Below are positions 39,979 through 52,263 of a stretch of DNA of 64,000 nt, piece after piece (the first letter of the stretch is position 1; each line of letters begins with the position of its first letter). Below the pieces are notes generated by a model. That model was not told where the DNA came from. It did not search any database and worked only from the letters and a program-made list of their open reading frames with translations. Source of the DNA: an uncultured delta proteobacterium (GTDB lineage Bacteria; Myxococcota; Myxococcia; Myxococcales; Anaeromyxobacteraceae); the NCBI GenBank assembly GCA_963828255.1, contig CAWHDZ010000015.1, positions 160,001 through 224,000 of the forward strand, written 5' to 3'. The position numbers were made by a program, and so were the translations under genes.

Positions 39979-42494
39979 CGATCGAGGTCGAGCCCGCGCA
40001 GCCGCAGCGCGTTCAGGATGACGGTCACCGAGCTCACGCTCATGGCGGCGCTGGCGATCATGGGGGACAGAAGCAGGCCGGTGAACGGGTAGAGCACCCC
40101 GGCCGCCAGCGGTACACCCAGGGTGTTGTAGGCGAAGGCCCAGAAGAGGTTCTGGCGGATGTTGCGCATGGTCCCGCGGGAGAGGCGCCGGGCCCGCAAG
40201 AGCCCCGTCATCTCCCCCCTCACCAGCGTGATCCCGGCGGTCTCCATGGCCACGTCGGTCCCGGTCCCCATGGCCACGCCCACGCTGGCGGCCGCCAGCG
40301 CCGGGGCGTCGTTCACGCCGTCCCCGGCCATGGCGACGATGCGCCCCTCCGCGAGGTACCGGGCCACCACCTCGCCCTTGGCTGCGGGGAGCACCCCGGC
40401 CTCGACGCGCGAGATGCCGACCTCGCGGGCCACCGCCTCAGCGGTGGTGCGGGCGTCGCCGGTCAGCATCACCACCTCGACCCCGTCGGCGACGAGGGCG
40501 GCGATCGCGCCGGCGGCGCCCGGCTTCACCGGGTCGCGCACCTCGAGCAGGCCGGCCGCCCGCCCGTCCACGGCCACCAGCACCACGGTTCCGCCCTCGC
40601 GCCGCACCACCTCCGCGCGGGCCTCGAGGGTTCCGGCGTCGATGCCCAGGTCGCGGAGCAGGGCGGCGGTGCCGACGGCGACGCTCCTCCCCCCGACATC
40701 CCCCTCCACCCCGAGTCCGGGCCGGTATCCGAACCGGGCCGCCGCCTCCGGGTCGATCCCTCGCCCACGCGCCCCGGCCAGGATGGCCGCCGCGAGCGGG
40801 TGCTCGCTCCCCCGCTCGAGGCCGGCGGCGAGGCGCAGCAGCTCCTCCTCCGACGTGCCCGCACCGGACTCGATCCGCGCCAGCACGGGTTTCCCCACGG
40901 TGAGGGTCCCGGTCTTGTCGATGAGCAGCAGGTCCACCTTGCCGAAGGTCTCAAGGGCCTCGGCGCTCCGCACCAGGATTCCGGCGCCGGCCCCGCGCGC
41001 CGTGCCGACCATGATGGCCATGGGGGTGGCGAGTCCCAGAGCGCACGGGCAGGCGATGATGAGCACGGCCACGGCGTTCACGAGCGCGTAGGCGAGGCGG
41101 GGCTCCGGCCCCCAGAGCGCCCAGGCCGCGAACGCCGCCAGGGCCGACGCCACCACCGCCGGGACGAACCAGCCCGCCACCGCGTCGGCGAGCCGCTGCA
41201 CCGGGGCGCGGCTGCGCTGCGCCTCCCCGACCATGCGGACGATCTGGGCGAGCAGCGCGTCCTTGCCGACCCGCTCGGCCCGCATGACGAAGCTGCCGTT
41301 GCCGTTCACCGTGCCGCCGGTGACCCTCTCGCCCGCTCCCTTCTCCACCGGGATGGGCTCGCCGGTCACCATCGACTCGTCCACCGACGAGCGCCCCTCG
41401 ACGACCGAGCCGTCCACGGGGACCTTCTCGCCGGGGCGAACGCGAAGGAGCATGCCGGGCGCGACCTCGGCCACCGGCACCTCCTCGTCGCGTCCGTCGT
41501 CCTGCACGCGCAGCGCGCTCTTCGGGGAGAGGCCGAGCAGCGCCTTGATGGCCCCCGAGACCCGCCCGCGCGCCTGCAGCTCGAGGATCTGCCCGAGCAG
41601 CACCAGCGCGACGATGACCGCGGCCGACTCGAAGTAGACCGGGACGGCCCCTCCGTGGTCGCGGAAGGCCGGCGGGAACCAGGAGGCCGGCAGCACCGTG
41701 GCCACGGCGCTGAAGAGCCAGGCCGCCCCCGTGCCCAGGCCGATGAGGGTGAACATGTTGAGGTGGCCCGTGCGCAACGAGAGCCAGGCCCGCTCGAAGA
41801 AGGGCCAGCCACCCCAGAGCACCACCGGCGCGGATGCGACGAGCTGCAGCCAGGCGAGAGGCCGGGCGCCGAAGAGCCGGGTCACCGGGTGGCCGGGCAG
41901 CAGCATGTCGGCCATGGAGAGGTTGAAGACGAAGAGCACCGGCACGAAGGAGAGCCAGAAGCGCCGGGTCATGTTCTCGAGCTCGGGGTTGCGCTCGTCG
42001 GCGAGCGGCATCCCGCCCACCGCCAGGGGCTCGAGCGCCATTCCGCAGATGGGGCAGGGGACCGGGGATTTCTCCTTCACCTCCGGATCCATCGGGCAGA
42101 CCCAGATGATGTCGGCGCCTGGCACCGCCACCGGCGGCGCCTCCATGCCCTTCGGTCCACCCGAGAGGAAGCTCTCCGGGTCGGCGCTGAACCGCTCCCG
42201 GCACCGCATGCTGCAGAAGTGGTAGGCCTTCCCGGCGTGCTCGTGGGTTCCGCCCCGCGGCGCGAAGGGATTCGCATCCATCCCGCAGACGGGGTCCTTC
42301 GCCAGGAACGCGTCCGGGTCGGCGGCGAACCGCTCCCGGCAGGCGTCGGCGCAGAAGGCGTACTGGAACCGGCCGTGAAGGAAGGTCCCGCCGGGCGGGC
42401 GGGTGACGTCCACCCCGGCGCCGCAGACGGGATCGCGAGGCTGCGGCGGGGCCGGGGGCTTCGCCGCGGGCGGGGCGGGGGACGATTGGCGCAT
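39975..42494 (-). CDS. copA: Cu(+)/Ag(+)-type P1B ATPase with two N-terminal YHS-like domains
   Basis: DPVCG twice, CPMDPE, TGEP, CPC, DKTGT, SEHPL, GDGVND, YN and MxxSS. Confidence 0.88.
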   Translation of the reverse strand: MRQSSPAPPAAKPPAPPQPRDPVCGAGVDVTRPPGGTFLHGRFQYAFCADACRERFAADPDAFLAKDPVCGMDANPFAPRGGTHEHAGKAYHFCSMRCRERFSADPESFLSGGPKGMEAPPVAVPGADIIWVCPMDPEVKEKSPVPCPICGMALEPLAVGGMPLADERNPELENMTRRFWLSFVPVLFVFNLSMADMLLPGHPVTRLFGARPLAWLQLVASAPVVLWGGWPFFERAWLSLRTGHLNMFTLIGLGTGAAWLFSAVATVLPASWFPPAFRDHGGAVPVYFESAAVIVALVLLGQILELQARGRVSGAIKALLGLSPKSALRVQDDGRDEEVPVAEVAPGMLLRVRPGEKVPVDGSVVEGRSSVDESMVTGEPIPVEKGAGERVTGGTVNGNGSFVMRAERVGKDALLAQIVRMVGEAQRSRAPVQRLADAVAGWFVPAVVASALAAFAAWALWGPEPRLAYALVNAVAVLIIACPCALGLATPMAIMVGTARGAGAGILVRSAEALETFGKVDLLLIDKTGTLTVGKPVLARIESGAGTSEEELLRLAAGLERGSEHPLAAAILAGARGRGIDPEAAARFGYRPGLGVEGDVGGRSVAVGTAALLRDLGIDAGTLEARAEVVRREGGTVVLVAVDGRAAGLLEVRDPVKPGAAGAIAALVADGVEVVMLTGDARTTAEAVAREVGISRVEAGVLPAAKGEVVARYLAEGRIVAMAGDGVNDAPALAAASVGVAMGTGTDVAMETAGITLVRGEMTGLLRARRLSRGTMRNIRQNLFWAFAYNTLGVPLAAGVLYPFTGLLLSPMIASAAMSVSSVTVILNALRLRGLDLDR

Positions 42495-42663
42495 CGGTGG
42501 TTCCTTACCGCGGGAAGGCGAGGGCCGCGCGGTCCGAGTGAGAGCCGGCCGGACCGGGTACGATTCCCAGGCGCGCGGCTGCATCACGCGCCACTTCGCT
42601 TGTGCCCGTCCCGGGACGACACATGATGAGGGCGGAAGAAGCACAGACGAGAAGGAGGTCGCC

Positions 42664-42816
42664 ATGTTGTGGACCATCGTGGTCATCTTGTTCGTCCTCT
42701 GGTTGCTCGGTCTCGCAACCTCCTACACCCTGGGCGGATTCATCCACCTCCTGCTGGTCCTGGCGGTCGTGGTCGTCCTGGTCCGGGTGCTGCAGGGGCG
42801 GCGCGCCCTGGGTTGA
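42664..42816 (+). CDS. Small membrane protein (lmo0937-like)
   Basis: [17 protein letters not shown]...[21 protein letters not shown]. Confidence 0.85.
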   Translation: MLWTIVVILFVLWLLGLATSYTLGGFIHLLLVLAVVVVLVRVLQGRRALG

Positions 42817-42900
42817 CCCGAGCGTCATCGATCGGGTCAACCCCGATAGCCCACCCGTTCCCGGGCGCGGAGGCGGACATTTGATGGCCTTCCGGCTCGC

Positions 42901-44016
42901 ATGAACGAACGCATCGACCTCCCCCGCGGGACGCGGTTCCTCGTCATCGCGGCCACGCTCGTGGTCATCGTCTCGGGCATCCACCAGGCACAGTCGGTCC
43001 TGGCGTCGCTCCTCGTCGCCGTCTTCCTCTCCATGCTCGGGACACCGCCCGTGCTCTGGCTCGAGCGCAAGCGCATCCCGACCCTCGTATCGGTCCTGCT
43101 GGTGGTGGCGGCCATGGTCGCCATCCTGCTCGCCGCCGGGGCGATCGTGGGCGCGTCGGTGAACAGCTTCTCCGCGGAAATGCCCGCGTACCAGTCTCGA
43201 ATGCAGGAGAAGGTTTCGGCGCTCCTGGCCTTCCTCGAGACCAAGGGCGTGCGGCGAATGGACAAGGTCCTGCTCGAGTACCTCAACCCGGGTGCGGTGA
43301 TGGAACTGACGTCCCGCCTGCTGGCCGGGCTTGGCCTGGCGCTCTCGAACATCGTCCTGATCCTGCTCACCACGACCTTCATCCTGCTGGAAGCCTCGAG
43401 CTTCCCCGCCAAGATCCGCAACGTGCTCGGCCATCCGCAGCAGGCATTCCCACAGGTCACCGTCTTCGTGGCCGACCTGGAGCGGTACATGGTCATCAAG
43501 ACCGGCATCAGCCTGGCCACGGGGATCCTCGTCGGGACGTGGCTGGCGATCCTCGGCGTGGACTTCCCGGTGCTCTGGGGGTTCCTGGCGTTCCTGCTCA
43601 ACTACGTGCCGAGCGTCGGCTCCACCATCGCCGCAATTCCCGCGGTCCTGCTCGCGTACGTGCAACTGGGATTCGGTCGCGCCCTGCTTGCGACCGCGGG
43701 GTACATGTCGATCAACTTCCTGCTCGACAACGTGGTCGAGATGAAGCTCATGGGACGAAGGCTTCACCTGTCGACGCTGGTGGTGTTTCTCTCCCTGATG
43801 TTCTGGGGAAGCCTGCTGGGCCTCGTCGGCATGATTCTCTGCATCCCGCTCACGATGACCGCGAAGTTCGCGTGCGAGAACAACCAGGGTACGCGATGGA
43901 TCGCCGTGCTCCTCGGACCGCAGGCCGGTCCGGAAGTCTCTCCCGCGGAGACGGCCGAATCTCCGGCTCCACGTCCGACGGACCCGACGGGCGAGAGCGA
44001 TGGCAGGACGACGTAG
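42901..44016 (+). CDS. AI-2E family transporter
   Basis: Multi-TM; LWGFLAFLLNYVPSVGS, FWGSLLG.VGMILCIPLT. Confidence 0.88.
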   Translation: MNERIDLPRGTRFLVIAATLVVIVSGIHQAQSVLASLLVAVFLSMLGTPPVLWLERKRIPTLVSVLLVVAAMVAILLAAGAIVGASVNSFSAEMPAYQSRMQEKVSALLAFLETKGVRRMDKVLLEYLNPGAVMELTSRLLAGLGLALSNIVLILLTTTFILLEASSFPAKIRNVLGHPQQAFPQVTVFVADLERYMVIKTGISLATGILVGTWLAILGVDFPVLWGFLAFLLNYVPSVGSTIAAIPAVLLAYVQLGFGRALLATAGYMSINFLLDNVVEMKLMGRRLHLSTLVVFLSLMFWGSLLGLVGMILCIPLTMTAKFACENNQGTRWIAVLLGPQAGPEVSPAETAESPAPRPTDPTGESDGRTT

Positions 44017-44040
44017 GGAAGCCCCGCACGACTCCTTCGC

Positions 44041-45063
44041 TCAACCGCCGGGAAAGAGGGCCAGTTGCCGCCTCGGGCGGAGGAACGTGGCAGGCGCGGC
44101 GTCGGTGCCGGTTGCGTAACCCAGCCGCGACGCCGAGGCCTCGAAGAGCGCCGCGATGGTGCGCGCGTACTCCCCCTCGCCGCGCCCCCGGACCCCGAAG
44201 CGGGCGTCGTAGAGCTTGCCGTCATGGGTCTCCCGGATCCGGTGCAGAACCCGCTCGGCCCGCTCGGGCAACGCGGCGCGGAGCCGCTCCTCGAAGACCT
44301 CCTTCACCGGGCCGGGCAGCCGGAGCAGGAGCCAGTGGGCCCGGGTGGCGCCGGCCTCGCGCGCCGCGGCGAGCACCCTGGGGATCTCCTCGTCATTCAG
44401 CCCCGGGATGACCGGCGCGACCATCACGCCCACCGGGACGCCGGCCGCCGCGAACCGCGCGATGGTCTCGAGCCGCCGCTGCGGGGAGGCGACCCAGGGC
44501 TCCAGGGCCCGGGCGCGCGCCGGGTCGAGGAAGGGGAGGGTGACGGAGGCGGTGGCCGCACCGTGGGAGGCGAGGTCGGCGAGGAGGTCCACGTCGCGCT
44601 CCACGAGGGGCGCCTTGGTCGTGACCATGATCGGATTCCGGTACTCCGCGCAGACCTCCAGGCAGCCGCGGGTCAGGCGGAGCGAGGCCTCGATCGGCTG
44701 CCAGGCGTCGGTGTTGCCCGAGAAGGCGATGGGCTCGCCGGTCCAGGAGGCGCGCTCGAAGGCGCGCCGCAGCAGCTCGGGCGCCCGCAGCTTGGCCACG
44801 ATGCGGGTGTCGAAGTCGGTGCCCGCGCCGAAGCCCAGGTACTCGTGGGTGGGGCGCGCGTAGCAGTAGGCGCAGGCGTGGGCGCAGCCGCGGTACGGGT
44901 TGACACTGTAGGTGAACGGGATGTCCGGGCTGTCGTTCCGCGAGAGGATCTCGCGGGTGGCGTCGGCGTAGACGCGGGGCAGGGCGGGGGGCGGCTCCCC
45001 CAGCCAGTCCACCGTGGTGGCGTCCCAGGGGTTCCTGGGGTTGGAGATCGGGCGCGGCTTCAC
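44041..45063 (-). CDS. PA0069/Rv2578c-type radical SAM protein
   Basis: NDSPDIPF..SVNPYRGCAHACAYCYARPTHEY, APVIPGLND. Confidence 0.88.
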   Translation of the reverse strand: MKPRPISNPRNPWDATTVDWLGEPPPALPRVYADATREILSRNDSPDIPFTYSVNPYRGCAHACAYCYARPTHEYLGFGAGTDFDTRIVAKLRAPELLRRAFERASWTGEPIAFSGNTDAWQPIEASLRLTRGCLEVCAEYRNPIMVTTKAPLVERDVDLLADLASHGAATASVTLPFLDPARARALEPWVASPQRRLETIARFAAAGVPVGVMVAPVIPGLNDEEIPRVLAAAREAGATRAHWLLLRLPGPVKEVFEERLRAALPERAERVLHRIRETHDGKLYDARFGVRGRGEGEYARTIAALFEASASRLGYATGTDAAPATFLRPRRQLALFPGG

Positions 45064-45122
45064 CCGGCCATGCTGGGCCTGAACGGATGTGCGGTCAAGT
45101 CGCGTGCTATAACCCGCGCCGA

Positions 45123-46268
45123 TTGCCTGACGAGATCCTCATCGTCGCCGCCGAGGCCAGCGCGGACCTGCACGCCGCGCGAGCCCTCGAGGAGCTCTCC
45201 CGGCTGCGCCCCGGCATCCGCGCCTTCGGGGTGGGTGGCCCCCGGCTGCGCGCCGCCGGTCTCGAGACGCTCTACCCCGCCGAGGAACTGAACGTGATGG
45301 GGTTCGCCGAGGTGCTGCCCAAGGTCCCCCGGATCCTGGCGGTGCTGCGCGGGATGCGCAGGGCCGCCGAGGAGCGCCGGCCCAAGGTGGCGCTCCTCGT
45401 GGACAGCCCGGACTTCAACCTCCGCCTGGCGAAGGTCCTCAAGCGACTGGGCGTCAAGGTCGTCTACTACGTGAGCCCCATGATCTGGGCCTGGCGCCGG
45501 GGGAGGGCCCGCAAGATCGCCAAGGTGGTGGACCGGATGCTCTGCATCCTGCCCTTCGAGGAGCGCTTCTACGACGGCACCGGGGTGTCGGCCCGCTTCG
45601 TGGGACACCCCTTCGCCGAGCGGGCCCTTCCCGGCGACGCCGCCTCCTACCGGGCGGCCCTCGGCCTGCCGCCCGGCCGCACCACCGTGGCCCTCCTCCC
45701 GGGCAGCCGGCGCAGCGAGATCGCACGGATCCTCCCGCCCATGCTCGAGGCGGCCGAGCGCATCCGCAAGCTTCACCCCGACGTCCAGTTCGTCATCCCG
45801 GTGGCCGCCACGCTCTCCGAGGAGGCCCTGCGCCCGGCGCTGGGGCTCCACCCCGGGCTCGACGTCCGGCTGGTGGCGGGCCGGGCCGACGAGTCGGTGG
45901 GGGCGAGCGACGTGGCGCTGGTGAAGAGCGGCACCTCCACGCTGGAGTCCGCGCTCATGAACCGCCCCATGGTCGTGGTCTACAAGATGGCCTGGTTCAC
46001 CTACTGGATCGCCCGCCTCCTCGTCCGCATGTCCCACTTCGCGCTGGTGAACATCCTGGCCGGCCGCACCGTGGTGCCGGAGCTCCTCCAGCAGGAGGCC
46101 AGCCCCGAGCGCATGGCCGCCGAGATCGAGATCCTCCTCTCCGACCCGGTGGCCCGCCAGGCCCAGCTCGACGGGCTCCTCGAGGTGCGCCGCTCGCTGG
46201 GGGAGCCGGGTGCGGCCCTGCGCGTCGCCGAGGAGATCGTTGGAGCCCTTCCAGGAGCAGTTCCATGA
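45123..46268 (+). CDS. lpxB: Lipid-A-disaccharide synthase
   Basis: AEASADLH, VMGFAEV, DSPDFN, YYVSP.IWAWR, LLPGSR, KSGT; TTG start inferred. Confidence 0.93.
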   Translation: MPDEILIVAAEASADLHAARALEELSRLRPGIRAFGVGGPRLRAAGLETLYPAEELNVMGFAEVLPKVPRILAVLRGMRRAAEERRPKVALLVDSPDFNLRLAKVLKRLGVKVVYYVSPMIWAWRRGRARKIAKVVDRMLCILPFEERFYDGTGVSARFVGHPFAERALPGDAASYRAALGLPPGRTTVALLPGSRRSEIARILPPMLEAAERIRKLHPDVQFVIPVAATLSEEALRPALGLHPGLDVRLVAGRADESVGASDVALVKSGTSTLESALMNRPMVVVYKMAWFTYWIARLLVRMSHFALVNILAGRTVVPELLQQEASPERMAAEIEILLSDPVARQAQLDGLLEVRRSLGEPGAALRVAEEIVGALPGAVP

Positions 46269-46998
46269 CCGAGAATCCCGCCGCACCCGCCCGCCGCCGC
46301 GCGCTGGTCTGCCTTCCGACGTACGACGAGAAGGAGAACGTCGGCCCGATGACCGACGCCATCCTGGCGGCCACGCCGGACGTGGACATCCTGGTCATCG
46401 ACGACAACTCCCCGGACGGCACCGGGAGGCTCGCCGACGCCATCGCCGCTCGTGAACCCAGGGTGAAGGTGCTGCACCGGGCCGGCAAGGAGGGGCTCGG
46501 AAAGGCCTACCTGGCAGGCTTCGACTGGGCGCTCTCCCACGGGTACGCGCTCGTCCTGGAGATGGACGCCGACTTCTCCCACGACCCGAAGTACCTGCCC
46601 GGGATGCTCGAGGCCTCGAAGGAGGCCGACCTGGTCCTCGGCTCGCGCAACATCGAGGGCGGGGGCACGGTCAACTGGGGCATCGTCCGCAAGATCATCT
46701 CCGGGGGGGCAGCCTCTACGCCCGGACCATCCTGGGCCTCCAGGTGCGCGACCTCACCGGCGGCTTCAAGTGCTTCCGCCGGGAGGTCCTCGAGTCCATC
46801 GACCTGGGGAGCGTGGAGTGCACCGGGTACGCCTTCCAGATCGAGCTCACCTACCGGACGGTCCGGCGCGGCTTCCGGGTGAAGGAGATCCCCATCGTCT
46901 TCGTGGACCGGCGGGTCGGGCACTCCAAGATGTCGAAGCGGATCGTTGTGGAAGCGCTGCGAAAAGTGTGGTCCATTCGACGCTCGAATTTCCGCTGA
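46265..46998 (+). pseudogene. Polyprenol-phosphate mannose synthase-like GT2 with a 1-nt frameshift at about 46703 (or sequencing error)
   Basis: PTYDEKEN, DDNSPDGT, MDADFSHDP in the first frame; SLYARTILG, DLTGGFKCFR, GYAFQIE, FVDRRVGHSKMS in the next frame; break at CCGGGGGGGC. Confidence 0.85.
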
Positions 46999-47022
46999 CG
47001 GGGGGCAGGATCCGGAAGACCG

Positions 47023-47678
47023 ATGCTCCGAGAGGTCCTGACCCAGAGCCTCGTCGCGCTCTCCGCCATCTTCGTGGTGGTCGATCCGTTCGCGGCGGTC
47101 CCGTTCTTCCTGGCCATGACGTCGGACCAGTCGGCGGCGCAGCGGCGGGAGACCGCGCGGCGCGCCGCCATCGGCGCCTGGCTCATCCTCACCGCCTTCG
47201 GCCTGCTGGGCGCGCTCCTCTTCCGCCTGCTGGGCATCTCCATCCCGGCCTTCAAGATGGCGGGAGGGATCCTCCTGCTGCTCATCGCCATCGACATGAT
47301 CCGCACCGCGCCCTCGCCGGCCCGCATCACCGCGCCCGAGGTCGAGGACGGGCAGGTGAAGGACGACGTGGCCATCGTGCCGCTGGCCATGCCGCTGCTG
47401 GCCGGGCCCGGCTCCATCGCCACCGTCATCGTGCTCATGGGACGGGTGCAGCCGAAGCAGTGGTGGAACGGCCTGCCGGTCCTGGTGGCCATCGCCGTGG
47501 TCTCGGTGGTCACCTTCCTGACGCTGGCCGCGGCCACCCGGGTCGAGCGGGTCCTCTCCCGCACCGGGATGAACATCCTCGAACGCGTGGCCGGCATGCT
47601 GCTCGCGGCCATCGCCCTGCAGTTCCTGATCGACGGGGCCGGGGAGGCGTTCCCCGGCCTGCTCCGCGGAGGAGCCCC

Positions 47679-47682
<4 letters not shown>
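47023..47682 (+). CDS. MarC family membrane protein
   Basis: VVDPF, AGGILL, AIVPLAMPLLAGPGSIA. Confidence 0.9.
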
Positions 47683-49370
<1,688 letters not shown>

Positions 49371-49464
49371 CACGCACGCGGCGGAGGCCCGATCAATCCG
49401 TGCTATGGATCGGCCCCTCGCCGTCCCCTCGAACCCCGCCCACGCGGGCGGACCCGGAGACGAA

Positions 49465-51549
49465 ATGGCTCCCCGCATCGCACGAACCTTCTCCATCCTC
49501 GGCGCCGACGGCGCCGGGAAGACCGCCCTCGTCGAGGCCTTTCTCCGCGCCGCCGACGCCCGGCGGGCCAGCCCGGAGGGTTCCACCTCGCGGCTCGACG
49601 CCGACCCCGAGGAGAAGAAGCGCAACTTCACGCTGACCATCCACCCCGAGACCTTCGAGGAGGGCGGCCGGACCTTCAACGCGCTCGACACCCCGGGCTT
49701 CGCCGCCTTCATCAACGAGGCCGAGTGGGCCCTTCAGGTGTCCGACGGCGCCGTGCTGGTGGTCTCGGCGGTGGACGGCGCGCACAACCGCGCCGAGCGC
49801 ATCTACGACGTGCTGGCCGAGTCGGGGCGCCCGGCCATCGCCATCCTCGGCCGCATCGACCACGACCAGGCCGACTTCCTCCGCGCGCTCGCCGACATCG
49901 AATCCTCCCTCAAGGTGAAGGCCGTCCCGGTGCAGATCCCCATCGGATCCGGGGCCGCCGGCGGGCTGAAGGGGATCGTCGACCTCTTCAGCATGAAGGC
50001 CCACCTCTACGACCGCACCTTCGGCAAGTTCGCCGAGGCGGAGATCCCGGCCGACATGAAGGCCGAGGCCGAGGCCGCCCGCACCGCGCTCGTCGAGGCG
50101 GCCGCCGAGTCGGACGACGAGCTGCTGGGCAAGTACCTGGAGGGCACGGCGCTCACCGCCGAGGAGATCGAGCGGGGGCTGGCCTCCGGCGCCGCCCAGC
50201 AGAAGCTCCTCCCGGTGGCGGTGGTCGCCGCCAAGCCCGGGGTGGGCGTCCGCGAGCTGCTCGACCTCGTGGTGCGGCTCTTGCCCGCGCCCGAGGCCCG
50301 ATCGGTGAAGGGCGTGGACCTTCACGGGGCGCCGGTGGAGCGTCGCGCCGACGCCGGGGCTCCGTTCTGCGCCCAGGTGTTCCGCACCACCATCGACCAC
50401 TTCGCCGGCCGGGTGGACTACCTGCGGGTCCTCTCCGGCACGCTCAAGGCCGAGGCCACGGTGATGAACCCGCGCACCCGCAGCGAGGAACGGGTCTCCC
50501 GCCTCCTCCGCACCGACGGGGCCCAGACGGTGGAGGTCCCGTCGGCCGGCCCCGGCGACGTGGTGGTGCTGCTCAAGCTCAAGGACGCCCGCACCGGCGA
50601 CACCCTCTGCGACCGGGAGGCGCCCATCCTGCTTCCCGACTTCCGGCAGCCCAACCGTCCGGTGGCCTACGCCATCCAGGCCAAGGGGGGCGCCGACGAC
50701 AAGGCGGCCGCCGCCATCCACAAGCTCATCGAGGAGGACCCCTCGCTCGACCTGCAACGCAATCCCGACACCGGCGAGTTCCTGCTCAAGGCGGTGGGCC
50801 AGGCCCACATCGAGGTCACCGTCGAGCGGCTGAAGCGCAAGCACTCGGTGGAGATCCAGCTGACCGTGCCCACGCCGGCCTACCTCGAGACCATCACCGC
50901 CTCGTCCAAGGCCCAGGGCAAGTTCAAGCGGCAGACCGGCGGCCACGGCCAGTACGGCGACTGCACCGTCGAGCTCCACCCGCTGGCCCGCGGCGCCGGG
51001 TTCGAGTTCGAGGACGCCATCGTGGGCGGCGTCATCCCGCGCCAGTTCATCCCGTCGGTGGAGAAGGGCATCCGCAACGCCCTCCACTCCGGCCCGCTGG
51101 CCGGCTACCCGGTGGTGGACTTCCAGGCCAAGCTGGTCTTCGGCAGCTACCACGACGTGGACAGCTCCGACATGGCCTTCCAGATCGCCGGGTCGATGGG
51201 GTTCAAGAAGGCCATGGAGGGGGCCCGCCCCATCCTCCTCGAGCCGGTCATGAAGCTCGACGTGCGTGTGCCCGAGGAGTACGTGGGCGCGGTCATGGGC
51301 GACCTGAACAGCCGCCGGGCCAAGGTGCAGGGCATGGAGCCGGCCGCCCGGGGGGTGGTCATCCGGGCCCTCTGCCCGCACGCCGAGGCCATGACCTACG
51401 ACGCCGACCTCCGCTCGCTCACCCAGGGCGTCGGCTACTTCACCATGGAGCCGTCGCACTTCGACCCGGTCCCTCCCTACGCCGCCCAGAAGATCATCGA
51501 GAAGCGGCGCGCCGAGGGGAAGGTGAAGGGGGCCGAGGAGGAGAAGTAG
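49465..51549 (+). CDS. Elongation factor G paralog (EF-G2-like)
   Basis: GADGAGKT, DTPGF, EEDPS, KRQTGGHGQYG, GSYHDVDSSDMAF, LLEPVM; outside the str operon. Confidence 0.9.
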   Translation: MAPRIARTFSILGADGAGKTALVEAFLRAADARRASPEGSTSRLDADPEEKKRNFTLTIHPETFEEGGRTFNALDTPGFAAFINEAEWALQVSDGAVLVVSAVDGAHNRAERIYDVLAESGRPAIAILGRIDHDQADFLRALADIESSLKVKAVPVQIPIGSGAAGGLKGIVDLFSMKAHLYDRTFGKFAEAEIPADMKAEAEAARTALVEAAAESDDELLGKYLEGTALTAEEIERGLASGAAQQKLLPVAVVAAKPGVGVRELLDLVVRLLPAPEARSVKGVDLHGAPVERRADAGAPFCAQVFRTTIDHFAGRVDYLRVLSGTLKAEATVMNPRTRSEERVSRLLRTDGAQTVEVPSAGPGDVVVLLKLKDARTGDTLCDREAPILLPDFRQPNRPVAYAIQAKGGADDKAAAAIHKLIEEDPSLDLQRNPDTGEFLLKAVGQAHIEVTVERLKRKHSVEIQLTVPTPAYLETITASSKAQGKFKRQTGGHGQYGDCTVELHPLARGAGFEFEDAIVGGVIPRQFIPSVEKGIRNALHSGPLAGYPVVDFQAKLVFGSYHDVDSSDMAFQIAGSMGFKKAMEGARPILLEPVMKLDVRVPEEYVGAVMGDLNSRRAKVQGMEPAARGVVIRALCPHAEAMTYDADLRSLTQGVGYFTMEPSHFDPVPPYAAQKIIEKRRAEGKVKGAEEEK

Positions 51550-51561
51550 CGGCCCCGGCGG

Positions 51562-52167
51562 TCAGCGGGCCTTCACGGGGAGTCGAAGGAGGGTCCGTCG
51601 CCTCTCCACCGGCGTCCGCGCCGGGTCGGAGAGCCACACCTGGTGAAGCCGTCCGCGCACCACCAGGTCCTGGTCGGCGGCGGCCCTCCGCATCCGGTCC
51701 ACCGTCCCGGTGATCCCGGCCGGAGGGCCCACGTGAAGGGCCTGGATGCAGCGCCCCTCGCGGAGTTCCTCGATGCGCGCCGCCGGCAGGGCGAGCCCGT
51801 TTCCGGCCCGCTGCCCGGACAGCGCGGCCAGGTCGCTCGTCCGGACGAAGGCCGGGATGCGCAGCAGGAGCTTCCAGGCAACCGGGGCTCCCGGCTCCAC
51901 CTCGACGCCCGAGGCGCGCGGTGCGCCCAGCAGGACCTCCAGCGGGGGGACGCGGAAGTCCTTGCCGGCCTCCCGCCTGGCCCGGGCCCGGAGGTCCCGC
52001 AGCAGGGCCGAGAGGGAGAGCGCCTGCTGGACGAACCCCTCGCCCTGGAACTCCCCGGCGCCGTCCAGGGAGAGGTAGCGCGCCGGCGTGGTGGGCACGA
52101 CGCGGGGGGCGCGAACGGCGGCGTACTCCTCGGCGTGAAGGGCCACCAGGTCGACCCGCGCGGACAT
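51562..52167 (-). CDS. GyrI-like small-molecule-binding protein
   Basis: YLSLDGAG, VPPLE, EGRCIQALHVGP, WLSDPART. Confidence 0.7.
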   Translation of the reverse strand: MSARVDLVALHAEEYAAVRAPRVVPTTPARYLSLDGAGEFQGEGFVQQALSLSALLRDLRARARREAGKDFRVPPLEVLLGAPRASGVEVEPGAPVAWKLLLRIPAFVRTSDLAALSGQRAGNGLALPAARIEELREGRCIQALHVGPPAGITGTVDRMRRAAADQDLVVRGRLHQVWLSDPARTPVERRRTLLRLPVKAR

Positions 52168-52263
52168 CCCGGGTACATAGCCTCCGGGCGCCGCCCCGCC
52201 ACTCGTGCTGGCGGTCCGCCCAATCCCCTGTGAGAATGCGGCACCGACCTCGCCGGCACCCCA

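Noticed and set aside
42500..44016. Possible horizontally acquired patch (small membrane protein and AI-2E transporter)
   Set aside because: Only a slight composition shift by eye, with no boundary repeats or mobility genes.
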